From Octopus bimaculoides (lineage: Eukaryota), in the NCBI RefSeq assembly GCF_001194135.2, contig NC_068984.1, positions 29,069,681 to 29,133,680 of the forward strand: 64,000 bases of DNA, written 5' to 3'. Below, one piece after another: positions 12,823 to 25,670 of this stretch; within the stretch, counting starts at the first letter, position 1; every line of letters starts with the position of its first letter. Under the pieces are notes generated by a model. The model was not told the origin of the DNA. It saw only the letters and a list, made by a program, of their open reading frames with translations, and did not search any database. The position numbers were made by a program, and so were the translations under genes.

Positions 12823-13042
12823 CCCTTTAGCATTCAGGTTGCTCTGTCAAATGTAATGTTTATCTATTCACATTGTTCTGAATTAATCAGATATTATCTT
12901 CTAGCTTTGAGATTTCAATGATATGCTTGTATATTTTTAGAATGGCATTTTAGGGTTGGTGTGAAAGGCTGAATCTGGTCAGTTTGAACATAAAACAAGC
13001 AGAATATTTTGACCAGATAAGGCCAGTTTAAATGCTAAAGGG
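12823..13042. mobile_element. piggyBac-type MITE (220 bp)
   Basis: TTAA|CCCTTTAGCATT ... AATGCTAAAGGG|TTAA: perfect 12-bp TIRs with CCC/GGG ends and TTAA on both sides. Confidence 0.9.
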
Positions 13043-13096
13043 TTAATGACTTTGTGAACTAATTTGCCCATACAGTGGGTTATCTTTTATATTTTT

Positions 13097-13350
13097 TTTC
13101 ATTTTACTTGTTTTGGTCATTTCACTGTGGCCATGCAAAGGCACTGCCATGAAGAGTTTTAGCCGAATATGTCAACCCCAGGACTTTCTTTTTTAAAGTC
13201 TGCTACTTATTTTCACAGTCTCTTTGCCAAACTGTTAAGTCACTAGGATGGAAACACACCAGTACCAGTTGTCAAGCAGTGGTGAGGGATAAACACAACA
13301 CGAAGACACACACAAATAGATATACACACACATATATATGTATGTGTATG

Positions 13351-13395
<45 letters not shown>

Positions 13396-13546
13396 CTGGC
13401 TTCTTTCAGTTTCCATCTACCAAATTTACTCACAAGACTTTTGTTGGCCCAAAGCTAAAGAAGAGGACACTTGCCCAAGATGCCATGCAGTGGGACTGAA
13501 CCCAGAATCATGTGGTTAGGAAGCAAGGTTCTTACCACACAGCCAC
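13097..13546 (-). mobile_element. Composite B+(CA)n+C SINE
   Basis: Same architecture as 23899-24283. Confidence 0.88.
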
Positions 13547-14345
13547 AAAGAAAAGCTTAACTAGGTTCTTTAGCATATCCTTGTTTCAAATATTCTTTTG
13601 CCATCAAATTCTACCAATATGTGACACATTTAAAAAAAACTTCTATAAGGAGTCTCAAGCACCAGTATACAGGTGTCGAGTTAAATTTATTCAGGGAAGC
13701 ATATCTGTTAAGGTCCTATAAAGAAGGAATCATGTTTTCTAACTTTAGGCAATTGATTTTAAGTCGGAGACTACAAAGCTCTTAATCTCTGACTGCCAAA
13801 TACCAGAGGAGGAACATCCAATTAATCTTCACCAAAATGGACTAAACTACCTATCATTAAATAAAAATAATAAATAAAAAATGAACAAAATAAAACATCT
13901 GCTGTCATTTAAAACTGCACAAGTTTACTATTTAGCAAAGTGTCTTAATTTCAATACTTAAATTGACATAACATAGTTGATATAAGTTTAGAAGCAAAGA
14001 CAAGAAGTTAATACAGCAAAAAGAGAGAATTCAATTTCAGTAACACCATTTATAAACTGCAGAGGAATTAAACACACCAACATAGACATGAGCTTACTTT
14101 TATCAATTCTCTTATATTCAGTGAGATAATGGACGTTATGCTGGAAAGCATCAAGTCAGCAATGATGAACTTTGCTATTCATGTCATAAGAGGTGACAAA
14201 ACAATGCCAGTAATAAAGATGAATTGATTATATCAACTATCATACTTTTATTTGAAAACATTTCTTTAGCACCTTATCATAAGAAATTATCATCATCATC
14301 ATCATCATCATTATTATTATTATTATTATTATCATCATTTTTATA

Positions 14346-14557
14346 GGGTGGTGAGCTAGCAGAATCTTTAGCATGTCGGGCAAAATGTTTAGCAGCATTT
14401 TGTCTAGTTTTACATTTTGAGTTCAAATTCCACTGAGGTCAGCTTTGCCTTTCATCCTTTCAGAGTCAATAAAATAAGTACCAGTTGAACACTGAGGGTG
14501 ATGCAATCGACTTGTCTCTTCCCCCCAAATTGCTGCCCTTGTGGCAAAATTTGAAAC

Positions 14558-14593
<36 letters not shown>

Positions 14594-14843
14594 CATTATT
14601 ATCATTATCATTATTAAGGTGGTGGGCTGACAGGATCATAAGCATGCTGGACAAAATGCTTAGTAGCCTATGAGGTGAGTCCAGATTCTACAGAGGTTGA
14701 CATTGCTATTCATTCTTTCAGGATCAATAAAATAAATACCAGTTGTGTACTGAGTCAATATATTTGATTGGCTCCTTCCTCCCATAATTTTAGGCCTTGT
14801 ACCTATAGTAGAAATCACCCTCATTATCATCATCATTATTATC
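14346..14843 (+). mobile_element. Two tandem family A SINEs (14346-14558, 14617-14815) with (ATT)n tails
   Basis: Both have the GGTGGTG(A/G)GCT head and the TTTCATCCTTTCAG.GTCAATAAA core; their 3' ends differ. Confidence 0.88.
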
Positions 14844-15914
14844 AGAGGCAGCAGCAGCCAGAGCAGAAGTATAGGCTGTTTAATAGCCAAAGTTAAACTT
14901 ATTTCCTGTTGCATCGACTATTTGTCATTGGTTCTAAGCTCAATTAGGTATGTTACATAAGGTAGATTAAGTACTGTGAGTTGTAACTCCAGATTCCTGG
15001 ATAATGTTTAACCAACTGTTTTCAAATGGGAGTTACCACCCTTGTTGGCTCCTCACTGACAACTACCTACCATACTTTCTTAACATGCATTAACCTGCTT
15101 ATTGTTTCATGGTACAGACAAATGAATGAAATAATGGAGAGATATAATGCTTCTGTGTAAAAATGCACAAAATCTTGAATAAAGTTTAAATAGATATTTA
15201 AAATAAAAAGTGGTCCTAATTTTCTCAACTTATTTTAAACTTTAAAACTTTATATGCTGCTAATATGGATGGAAAAGTTTATTTAAATAATTAACAACTG
15301 ACTTCTGCTCAATGATTCGTGATTGACATACCATTCTTTGACTAAAGTTATTGGAATTCATGCATATTCATTGATTGAATAAATTCAATGATTCAACTTT
15401 CATCTGATATTTTTGGAGGAGACGCTATTAAGTTCATGCTTGAAATCAAGTACCTAGACAACAACTAATATAATCATCAATTTGTCATAGCTTTAATCAT
15501 GCTAAATATTCTGAAATAAAATATTCAGTTAAAAATATAAAAAAAAAAATATATATATTACATAAGAAAAATATTAAAATACATAAAAAATTATACTTAA
15601 AAAGAGTGTAAATATTTCTTTAATATGTGATTTTTACCATATGTTTATATTTAAATGAAAATTTCAGTTAGGTTTAAAATAAAGAATTTATCAACTCATA
15701 TTTTGGACACAGGCTAAATCTGAATTTATGGCTAGAAAGTTTAATTTCTTAACTAGTTTCAACAGAGTAAATGAAAAAAGCAAAATCAAATTTAATGCAA
15801 TTTCAGATACAGTCTAGATAATTTGAATTTAATTTTAAACTCTCATTTCCATAATCTTGAAGGCTGGTTTGTTCAGTGAAGTTGTATATTGTGTATATAC
15901 AGTCTTGGCGAAAA

Positions 15915-16030
15915 TTGGCTAAATGTCTTTCCTACAGTTAAACACTCAACCAAGAAATCGAAGTAGAGACAATTTCCATCTGGGCACAATATCCACACCT
16001 ATGATCTCAACACCTAGCTATTGCAAGTTT
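15915..16030 (+). mobile_element. Possible Penelope-like endonuclease C-terminal fragment
   Basis: Reads LNTQPRNRSRDNFHLGTISTP, resembling the IFxLGTxxPxGxN motif; weak. Confidence 0.25.
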
Positions 16031-17340
16031 TAAATTATAATCAGTACTCCAGACAGTTTCCCAGGTGCTCAATCTTTATATCTAAGCTTCCCCAATGTGA
16101 TTAGATGCTTTAATACAAAACATTATTTTAACTACAATGAAATAGAACTGAAACAGAATTCCAACAGTGGGATAAAATTTGAAATTATAAATCAATAAAC
16201 CTACCAACTAATCCTCTTGATACTTCCTTAATTTTAATTCACTGAAAGGAAAATTTCAGTTAAGAGCTGTTACGTTATCTATGTATTACCATCTTTGGAC
16301 TTGTAAAAGTGCTAATACAGAAGAAATCTAATATTATATATATAAAATGTTATCTGACCCAATAAAATTTTAACCACAATATCATGAACTAAGGTAGTTC
16401 AATATTCTTTTTATCACATACTAAAACTGCCAGTTTACAGATTCAACATATTTAAAATCTACTTTCTAAACTTTACCAGGTAAATCTAATATTTCACATG
16501 TCAATACAAGTCTCTGTGGGAAATTTTCAATAACTAACCAATGCATTGCAATATGGCTTTGCATCACATATGCTTTTCCAGATATAAATCTTTCTGATAT
16601 GCCATTATCTGAAAACAAAGACAATAATAATGAAATTCTATCTTCATAGCTTTAACTTCTAGCCAACTGAAATAACTCTAGAGAACTGAGCATTTTCACT
16701 TGGAACTTTAATTATCTATCCTACTTTGAGATGAAATGTATAATAATTTACAGTTTAAATACCAAGAGACTTGTGTTATTTTTATATTGTTACAGTGGCC
16801 TTCTCCATTGACAACTTTTATTTAACTACAACAAAGGTCTCCGTTTCAAGATATAATTATTGTTTGTGTGTGAAAATGCGCATGCACATGCATGCAATGC
16901 AAGAGCAATACAGGGAAATGCTTCAAAGTTTCACCAGATAAATGGTATGGTAATATCTAGGGTATGTTATGAATTCAGAAAGGTAACTATAGAGGTATCA
17001 ATTTGTTGGAACAAGTTATGAAAATTATGTAAAGTGTTACAGAACAATTCATTAGGAACTAAATTAGTCTATATGCAAAGCAGTTTAACTTTGTGCCATA
17101 AAATAGAACTAATAATTCCATCCCCTTGCTGAGGCAACTACAAAAGTGCTTACCTAAAAACAATATCATATACCAAGCAGGATTTTCTCTTGGCATCAAC
17201 ACAGCACAGGTTGAACAGTCCAAGGCAAGACAGGACTAGACAAACCATACAACTTTACACTTTCTCTGCTCTTTTGCCTAACACTTTAGTGTGTACAGAG
17301 TGCATTTCTTTTACATGGGACCAGCACTGCAAAGGTTGTC

Positions 17341-17811
17341 TCACTCATCAATCACTCTAGAGGGAACATAGTGTAAGGGAGCCTTCTGTTGTGGTGCCAG
17401 CAAAGAAGAGGGGATACCTTGTAAATGTAAGAAGTGCTCAATAACCTGAAACATGTAGAACAAGGGGGGGAATGGGGAAAGAGAGGGAGCAATGACATCA
17501 GAAAAGCTAGAAATGGGTGGGAGGGTAAAAGTGTGAATTAAAGAATACTCAGTAAGGTAGGGTATATAGATTTGACTAGATGACTGATGATGAAAATAGG
17601 TGAGAATGCAATGACAGTACATAGACCAGAATAGGTGGTGAAAGGAGAAAGAGCATGATGGGAAAGGCAGAATTATTTCAAATGGAGTCTGGAGTTGGGT
17701 GACTGGCAATAACAGAAGTGGACAAAGACAAGAGTAGGTGATAGGAAACAAGAGAAGTAGCCTAGAAGAGAGTGGTAAGTGAAAGGCTAAATTAGAGTGT
17801 ACTGGGTACAA
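17341..17811 (-). mobile_element. Possible decayed retroelement (Penelope-like) 5' ORF region
   Basis: Pyrimidine-rich ORF ending LLAPQQKAPLHYVPSRVIDE, loosely like the LxKGLxFVP motif; no diagnostic catalytic motif. Confidence 0.2.
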
Positions 17812-19439
17812 ACAATTGTTAGATGTAGTCTCTTACACATGGTCGAAAGATGCATAAATGTAGCAGAGGGACAAGAATGATTTAATGCTGTCTCTTATAC
17901 ACTAGTCTACACTTTCCGCAAGTTACCTGTTTCTTGAGAAAAATAAGTGAAGAATATAAGTGAAGAATATAAGTTTCTTGAGAAAAATAAGTGAAGAATA
18001 TAACTTAGCCAATTTTCTCTTTCATTTGTTTCTTTATATTTGGTGATACAATAAAGGATTTTAGTGCTGGCTCAAGGGTTGTGATTTCACATTTACTCCC
18101 AGTATTTGGTTGTGTATGTGTGCAATATGTCTAATACTATATTGTGCTAGTGTCCTCACAATGTTAGTTTCTTTCACTTAGAGGCATAGGTGACGCTATT
18201 TTCTGGGGAAATTATTTTGGTAAATTGGTATTTAGACTACAAAATGGGATCATCTCTCATCAACATTCTTGATCTTATTTAGGCATAATTCAGTCATAAT
18301 GAAGCAGCCATATGAGTAAAGGCTTTTCATTTATGATCATATCAGTTTGTCCAGGCATTGTGTACTTTTATCTACTTTTTTCCTTTATTAAGATTGTATG
18401 GTGTAATTTAATGGGCTGCTATTTCTAATAAATGGAATTACTCAGTAGCAGTTCCTTCCCTGGCTTGTCAACTTGATATGCAGCTGTTGTGATTCATGCA
18501 AGAATCAACATCTATGTTATTATATGAGTACATAATTTTGCTTCAAACGGTATAGCATGAATACTGGAATTGAGTAATGATGTTATATGAACAGCTGTAT
18601 TGCATCATAATTCATGAATCAATGAATAAACTTACAATTGTATTCTGAATTGGAAGTATAGCAGTCAATATTAATAAGTGCATTACTTATGATGCTATAT
18701 TATTTAATGCATGCCTTCATAAAATTACTATGTATTACTTTAAAATGTGAAACTTGCCAACTATTGTTTCTGATGACATAAAGCCTTTACATTTTAGCTT
18801 GCAAATACTGCATATAAATTAGCATATTCATTAAGAAGTAAACAGTGAGCATAACATAAAGCAATGTATCAAATTTATGAGTAACAGCAAAAAAAATTGA
18901 AACTAAACATTTAGACTTCCATCATGGATATAGTTGTTATTTAATGTAAGGAACTTAGGAATTGAACACAGAGCCATGAATCATTGAACTTTTGTGGAGC
19001 AAAGTATCGTTATCCAGTTCCATGTATTATATGTCAAGTCTACCAATCCATAATACAAACAACTATAATCTTCTGGTATAGCTGATAGCTGAGTTAAATG
19101 TAATAACATATATGATTAGCTACAATCATATTTTAAGTCTTATTATCACATAATTAATGAATGAATAAATAAATAGAAATAGAAAGCCAAAAAATCTACA
19201 TCCTTCTAAACACTGAATATATATGAGTAAATGTACAGGTAATTTGCAGATTAGTTGCTTTGAATATATTTAATAATTGCTTTTGAACAAATTAATGGCT
19301 CTAGCGGCATTTAGTGATTGCTATTGTAAGTCAATTATATCAGTTACTTTATTCACCTTCAATTACATATACATCTATTAATTCTGGAGAAACTTCTATT
19401 AGCCATGAAGAAACACTATATTTATTTTTCATTTTTGTT

Positions 19440-19449
19440 CCTCTTCCTC

Positions 19450-19482
<33 letters not shown>

Positions 19483-19638
19483 CATCATTACCACCACCAT
19501 CGACATTGCTGTTATTTTGCTTTTATTCATTTGATTTTCAGATGTTATTTGAAATATCTGACATATTAAAAATGAATAATCAAATGAAAACAACAACAAA
19601 ACCAATAATAATAATAATGATAATAATAATAATAACAA
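19440..19638. repeat. (CAT)n/(CAC)n and (AAT)n trinucleotide tracts
   Basis: Direct reading; explains ORFs 19314-19658 and 19429-19707. Confidence 0.9.
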
Positions 19639-20415
19639 CTTTGAAAATATTGATATGAGAATTTTTAATTTTCTAAATTGTTTTATTTTGTGACAAACTA
19701 GTTTCACTCATGCACATTTAATATGAAATCATAAAGGATTACTAGCAGAATTCCATTGCCTTAGATGCAACTAAACATAAACAGTGGAATACTCTCTTAA
19801 ATTAATTTTAATCCAAGTTAAAGGTGAGGATTACAACTGCTTTTAAAATTAAAGGAGTTTCTTTTAAATTAGAAATAAGCTTAAATAAAATCAGTAAAAA
19901 ATGCCACATACCACATAACAAATGGAATGAGAAATAATTGATATAATCTGATTTATACTTGAAGATGACAGAATTTAACATAAAGTGACAGTGAATTTAT
20001 AAAGGCATTCTAATTATATAGTTACACATATTACAAGAACTAGTTGAAAGAAAGAAAAACATTGTGAAGGGTAATGATGTTTCTTTGGGCTCAATATTGG
20101 AATTTTTTTAATCAAATTATGGGGCCATCCCCATTAAGGTGAGTGTGACTAATATCCGGCTTAAATTTCTCTAAGAAAAGCACATGCAGGGAGACTGTAC
20201 CAGAGGTGACTGAAAAGGAGAAAGAATGCAACTAGAGATGAACAGGAACCATTATAAGGTGAACTGAAGAAACTAGAAATATATAAAAGCATACTGGTGT
20301 ATTAGTAAAATAAATGGTGCTGATTTGCAAATTAAATGGATGGAATCTTAGGAATTCAGTAGAGAATGCCTGTGTGATGAAGTAGCTCTTCTAACCTAAA
20401 TAATGAGAACAGAAT

Positions 20416-20805
20416 GGAGGCACAATGGCCCAGTGGTTAGGGTAGCAGACTTGCGGTCGTAGGATCGCAGTTTCGATTCCCAGACAGGATGTTGTGAGTG
20501 TTTATTGAGTGAAAACACCTAAAGTTCCACGAACCTCCAGCAAGTGATGGTGGCGAACCCTGCTGTACTCTTTCACCACAACTTTCTCTCACTCTTTCTT
20601 CCAGTTTCTGTTGTGCCTGTATTTCAAAGGGCCAGCCTTGTCACACACTGTGTCATGCTGAATCTACCCAAGAACTACGTTAAGGGTACACATGTCTGTG
20701 GAGTGCTCAGCCACTTGCACGTTAATTTCATGAGCAGGCTGTTCCGTTGATTGGATCAACTGGAACCCTCGTCGTCATAACCGATGGAGTGCCAACAACA
20801 ACAAG
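20416..20805 (+). mobile_element. tRNA-derived SINE family E, full length, (CAA)n tail
   Basis: A/B-box head GGAGGCACAATGGCCCAGTGGTTAGGG..GTTTCGATTCCC; 14-bp TSD AATGAGAACAG(A/G)AT at 20402-20415 and 20806-20819; second copy at 25284. Confidence 0.92.
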
Positions 20806-21460
20806 AATGAGAACAGGATTTAATTGTGAAGCTCGTTTAAACCAAAATAATTATATATAAGTGAAAAAAATATTTCCTGAAGAAAATAAATTCAAAATAT
20901 AAACATAGCAAAACGATATGTATGGTAAAAGAAAGATATTAGTTCACAACCAATATTATTTTTCTATGAGCAAGTGGGGAGACAACTCTGGAGACACTTT
21001 TTTTATTGTTGTTACTCACTATAAAAAACCTAACCATAACTTGCCATAATATTTGCAAGTAAATTGCAAAATAAATAATGTACATTTGTTGACAGTATGA
21101 GAAATACTAAAACATTACTTTAGCTTTTTTATGTCCTTAAACATTAAATTTAATTACATTTACATGGCTATCACTGTCTAATTATTATAAAATTCATTTT
21201 GAGTGGAACTTAAGTGTTATGTGAATGATTTTTCTGCAAATTTAAGTTTCCAGTATGTACTTAAATAGTGTGAGGAAGTAAAAGGTCAGTTGTTTCTGCT
21301 GTTAGTATTATAAGACCTCATTGTCATAGTTATCTGTTTTGATGAACACTATATTTTAAATTAGGTACAACAGAGATGTTGTTTACTGCTCTTCTTTCGA
21401 CTAATAGCTAATTTATCAAAGCATATGAGGTACATTTGTTGCTAACAGAAGGTTCTACAG

Positions 21461-21604
21461 CAGGCATGGGCAGCCTTTTCTGAGAAGTGGGCCATATGAG
21501 ACATAATTCATCACCAGGCAGATCACACTACAAAAAAACATTAAAGTTAATTTTTCCTAAGGTGTACCTTTCAGGTCTTACAGTTTGCAGGTTTCCCATG
21601 ACTG
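21461..21604. mobile_element. Probable hAT-type MITE (144 bp)
   Basis: Ends CAGGCATGGGCAGCC / GGTTTCCCATGACTG form an imperfect TIR. The 8-bp flanks TTCTACAG / TTTTGTAG differ by three transitions. Confidence 0.55.
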
Positions 21605-21881
21605 TTTTGTAGACTAACATTGTTGACACATTTGAATAAGGTACTCACTATTTGTACTTCTGATAAAGTAAACCAATGGTGTAGATATAGACAATCAAAG
21701 AACAATCAATCCTGAGTTCAGACTTTAGCATATAAAATGCTTGAACAAGAGTTTTACAGCAAGACATCTTTCTTACAAAAATAAGCTTGAACTGGTCCCC
21801 ACCTCCAGCTTAACTAGCTACAGAAAATTAAAACTTATGAATTAGCACTCATTAGTGGAGTACTTCACTTAAATACAATTA

Positions 21882-22793
21882 TCTACTATAATAATACTCT
21901 TGCGGTTTTCATCACAGCATGAGAAAGGAAGGGGTGACAGATGAATAAGGAAGGAAAGGGTGAAAGAAATCAAACAGCATTTCCACTTTATGCGAGTATG
22001 TGTATGTGCAATGGAAGTGTGATGGTGAACATTCAACGCTGAAAAGGAAAATCAAACAGCATTTCAACTCTGTGTAAGTATGTGTGTGTGTATGTGTGTG
22101 TGTGTGCATGTACAAGAGAAGTATTTGAATGGACGTGTGAACCAGTGTTCTTTCAATAACAAACAATAATTGATGTCACATCTCAAACGTTAACATTGAG
22201 AAGGGTATTAATTTGATTTACTATCTTATGTTAAAAATAACTATTCACACACACACACCTACAGAAACATATACAAACTCATTAGAGAAAATAATTATTG
22301 CTTGAGTGAATCAAGAATATAAAATGACAGCATTTGAAAAGTATATTATAAATACACATTTAACAGTTCATAGATATGCCTAATTTATTTATATTAAGAA
22401 ATTTATGTAATAAATTTTGAATAGGGAGTTTTTAGAACATCAGCTATAAGTTACAGATTGCTTTTTGTGGCTTTAAGTCGTATGAGTTTAGGTTGGTTTC
22501 AGTAACAGACAGCGTTACTGAAAGGAAAGGTCGCTTCAAAAAAGTTGGTATTTACTTGCCAGCTCCCATATTTAGTCACGACCAACTTTATGTGGCCTTA
22601 AGTCATACAAAAAGGAAGGAAACCTTTAAAATTCCTTTGAATGAAAGAAGTCAAGGGATGTTGACTGCGGATAGATTTTTCACAAAAAATTTGGTAATAA
22701 AAGAATTATTAAACTAAAAACTTGGTTTTGTACCCTATTTATATATCAAATACTACAATTAGCCGTCATTTTTAACGGCATAGAGCCAGCTAG
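21882..22793 (+). mobile_element. Non-autonomous Helitron with both termini
   Basis: A|TCTACTATAATAA at the 5' end. The 3' end has hairpin GCCGT-CATTTTTA-ACGGC (22762-22779) then CTAG|T. A PIF1-helicase C-terminal remnant lies inside. Confidence 0.85.
22493..22717 (+). pseudogene. Helitron RepHel PIF1-like helicase C-terminal fragment
   Basis: FKKVGIYLPAPIFSHDQLYVALSH..TKNLVIKELLN*, matching the VGxxLxxPVFSHGQLYVAxSR..TxNxVxxEV motif. Confidence 0.88.
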
Positions 22794-23337
22794 TTCTATA
22801 ATAATTATCAACAGAATATTTTTACATACATTGAGCTGGAAAATATTTATTTTATTTCCGATAATATGGTTTGTTTCTAAATTTTGTAAGTAGGTTAACT
22901 GGTGAGATAAAAGCTTCTTTTTGTCCTGTCATTATACTGTAATTACTCTGTGCACTGTAATAAATGTATTGCATTATTTTAATGAGATTATAGTCAAAAG
23001 AAGTTTGATAATCTTAATTACCAATTTACATTATGAGTATAATTATCATTATCAGCATTTTTATCATCACTAAGAAGTTCTATGACACAGAAGCAGGTAT
23101 ATATAATCTAGATTTCATTCACAACCTTGAAGTATTTAATTAAACTTGCCAGTATTATTGGAAAAGGAGTGAATTACACTAATTTCTACAATTCCAGTAA
23201 GATTTCCTTTAAAAAAAAAAACAGAAAAGGTATAAAATTATTTTTCATATTGTACAATCACGATATCTCAACAGTAATTGACTATTTTGGATAGTAATAT
23301 TCAGTTTTAAAGATATACAAATATACACACATAGGTA

Positions 23338-23642
23338 CACGTATGGCTGTGCAGTAAGAAGTTAGCTTCCCAACCACAGGGTTCTGGGTTCAAACCACTA
23401 TATGGCACTTTGGACAAGTGTCTTCCACTATAGCACCAGGTTATACAAAGCCTTGTGACATGATTTGGCAGACAGAAACTGAAAGAAGTGTGTGTGTGTG
23501 TGATGCGGAAATATTATCTTACTGGAAACAAGTTATGGCTAGTAATGGGAAAAGTATACAACTGTAGATAATCTGCCTCAACAAAATTCTGTCCAACCTA
23601 CAAAAGCAGAGAAATGTGGACATTAAGACAATGATGATGATG
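23338..23642 (+). mobile_element. Composite SINE: family B head + (TG)n + RTE-type tail
   Basis: Head TATGGCTGTGCAGTAAGAAG..GGCACTTTGGACAAGTGTCTT; tail CAACTGTAGA..CTGCCTC..TCCAACC..GTGGACATTAAGACAATGATGATG. Confidence 0.75.
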
Positions 23643-23898
23643 TGCACAGAAGTAACTATACACATATACAAACACTTCCAGCAACAAATTTTTTCGTGTT
23701 GTAGAGAAAATGGTACTCTCCTTCCCACATGACAAAGTAGTAATGAGACAGCCACTATAAAGTCAGACAGTCAGTCGTTGTAGCAAGGTCAGTAGTAATA
23801 GAGTCGTTGTATGAGTTCAGTTTGTGTCAGTGTCAGTTACATGATGTATACGACTTCAAGTTACCATCAAGGTAGATGTTTCAAAGTCATTGTCTTGC

Positions 23899-24283
23899 TC
23901 TTTTACTTGTTTCAGTCATTTGACTGTGGCCATGCTGGAGCACCACCTTTAGTCTAATGACTCAACCCCAGGACTTATTTTTTGTAAGCCAAGTACTTAT
24001 TCTATCAGTCTCTTTTGCTGAACTGCTAAGTTATGGGGATATAAACACACCAGCATCGGTTGTCAAGCGATGTTGGGGGGAAAAAAACAGACACACAAAC
24101 ACACACACACATATATATATGACAGGCTTCTTTCAGTTTCCATCTACCAAATTCACTCACAAGGCTTTAGTTGGCCTGAGGCTATAGTAGAAGACACATG
24201 CCCAAGGTGCCACGCAGTGGGACTGAACCCGGAACCATGTGATTCGTAAGCAAGCTACTTACCACACAGCCACTCCTATGCCT
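23899..24283 (-). mobile_element. Composite B+(CA/TA)n+C SINE, well preserved
   Basis: On the minus strand the CORE-type head, microsatellite linker, C module and GTAAAAGA tail occur in order. Confidence 0.92.
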
Positions 24284-25283
24284 ATCTTGTGGAGATATCA
24301 GCAATAGCATTATAGACAAGTCAAAGATAAGATGCAAAATACTGCCACAACATAATTGTGGCGAGAAGAATAGTACAGTGCTGACAATAACATACAAGTA
24401 GATGAGGATCTCACATAATAACATTTTGCTTGTTTAAGTGCAGTAGCAGGTGGATCTTAAAAATATAATATCTAAGTCATCTCAACTGTTTGGATAATCT
24501 GCTCTGAATCATAATAAGACTACTATTTTGCCTTCTCTAAATTTTGGGCCTTAAGCCTAGATTAGAAAAGAATATATTCCATGTGACACTATATAGATAG
24601 AACCAAAGCGTGTTTCTGCCATGGCAATAAATATAACACCAGAGACGAAATTGGTGGGAAATGAATGTCAACATTTCAAACAGTAACTGGCTGTGAATCT
24701 GCTTCCTCTTCCCTCTCTTATCACAAAAGTTCCTGCAAGATCTCAACAATCTTGTTTGATGATATCACTGTTTGTAAGTTAGAAGAAGGAAATATCAGCA
24801 TGTTCAGTATTAACAATAACATAAGGAAAATACCCAGCTGTAATGCCAACGGCACAATAAATATTCAGCATATACACGTCTGTGTATGTATGTGCATACA
24901 AACACAAGCATGGTAACAAAGACATCAATATAAATATTACTACAACAATAACCAACATCTATCAGTTCTCCTTAATAGTCAATTCTACAATTTCATTATT
25001 TAAAGTTTATCATAGTCGTGCATCAGTTGATGACTAGCTATCAGTGCAAACAGCAGAATCTGGCAAACCATTTACCACTGAGATGAGTTGAAAATATAAA
25101 CAAAACTAATTTTAGTGAATGAACACCTTACATTGTAATACACGTAGTTGTTTCTCAGCAATGTCATATCATAGGCAAGTGTATACTCAGTTAACAAATT
25201 ACTGTCAGTAATTATACCTTCTCTGTTTCCTTCACCACTTGTCTGCACTCTTGATTTTTTCTTTTAGGTTACCTATAAACTGT

Positions 25284-25670
25284 GGAGGCGCAATGGCCCA
25301 GTGGTTAGGGCAGTGGATTTGTGGTCATAGGATCGCGGTTTCGATTCCCAGATCGGGCGTTGTGAGTGTTTATTGAGCGAAAACACTTAAAGCTTCACGA
25401 GGCTCTGGCAGGGGATGGTGGCGAACCCTGCTGTACTCTTTCACCACAACTTTTTCTCACTCTTTCTTCCTGTTTCTGTTGTGCCTGTAATTCAAAGCGT
25501 CAGCCTTGTCACACTGTGTCACGCTGAATATCCTCGAGAACTACATTAAGGGTACACGTGTGTGTGGAGTGCTCAGCCACTTGCACGTTAATTTCACGAG
25601 CAGGCTGTTCTGTTGATTGGATCAACTGGAACCCTCAACGTCGTAAGCGACGGAGTGCCAACAACAACAA
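25284..25670 (+). mobile_element. tRNA-derived SINE family E, second copy
   Basis: Colinear with 20416-20805; imperfect TSD ACCTAT(A/C)AAC. Confidence 0.92.

Noticed and set aside
16456-16485. Plus-strand CAG|GTAAAT ratchet-like site
   Set aside because: Weaker pyrimidine tract and no downstream donor; treated as background.
16539-16608. Open minus-strand candidate exon (NGISERFISGKAYVMQSHIAMH)
   Set aside because: No recognisable protein, and its phase is incompatible with neighbouring candidates; plausible by chance.
20416-20490. tRNA genes at SINE heads (also 25284, 4812, 10760)
   Set aside because: A/B boxes are present, but they continue into SINE bodies with tails and TSDs and I see no complete cloverleaf.
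21650-21818. Minus-strand AG...GTGAGT unit containing MSCCKTLVQAFY...
   Set aside because: Stops in all frames from the acceptor and no homology recognised.
24537-24960. Overlapping ORFs and an SH2-like GTFVIRE word
   Set aside because: Multiple stops, no further domain motifs, and no consistent splice sites.
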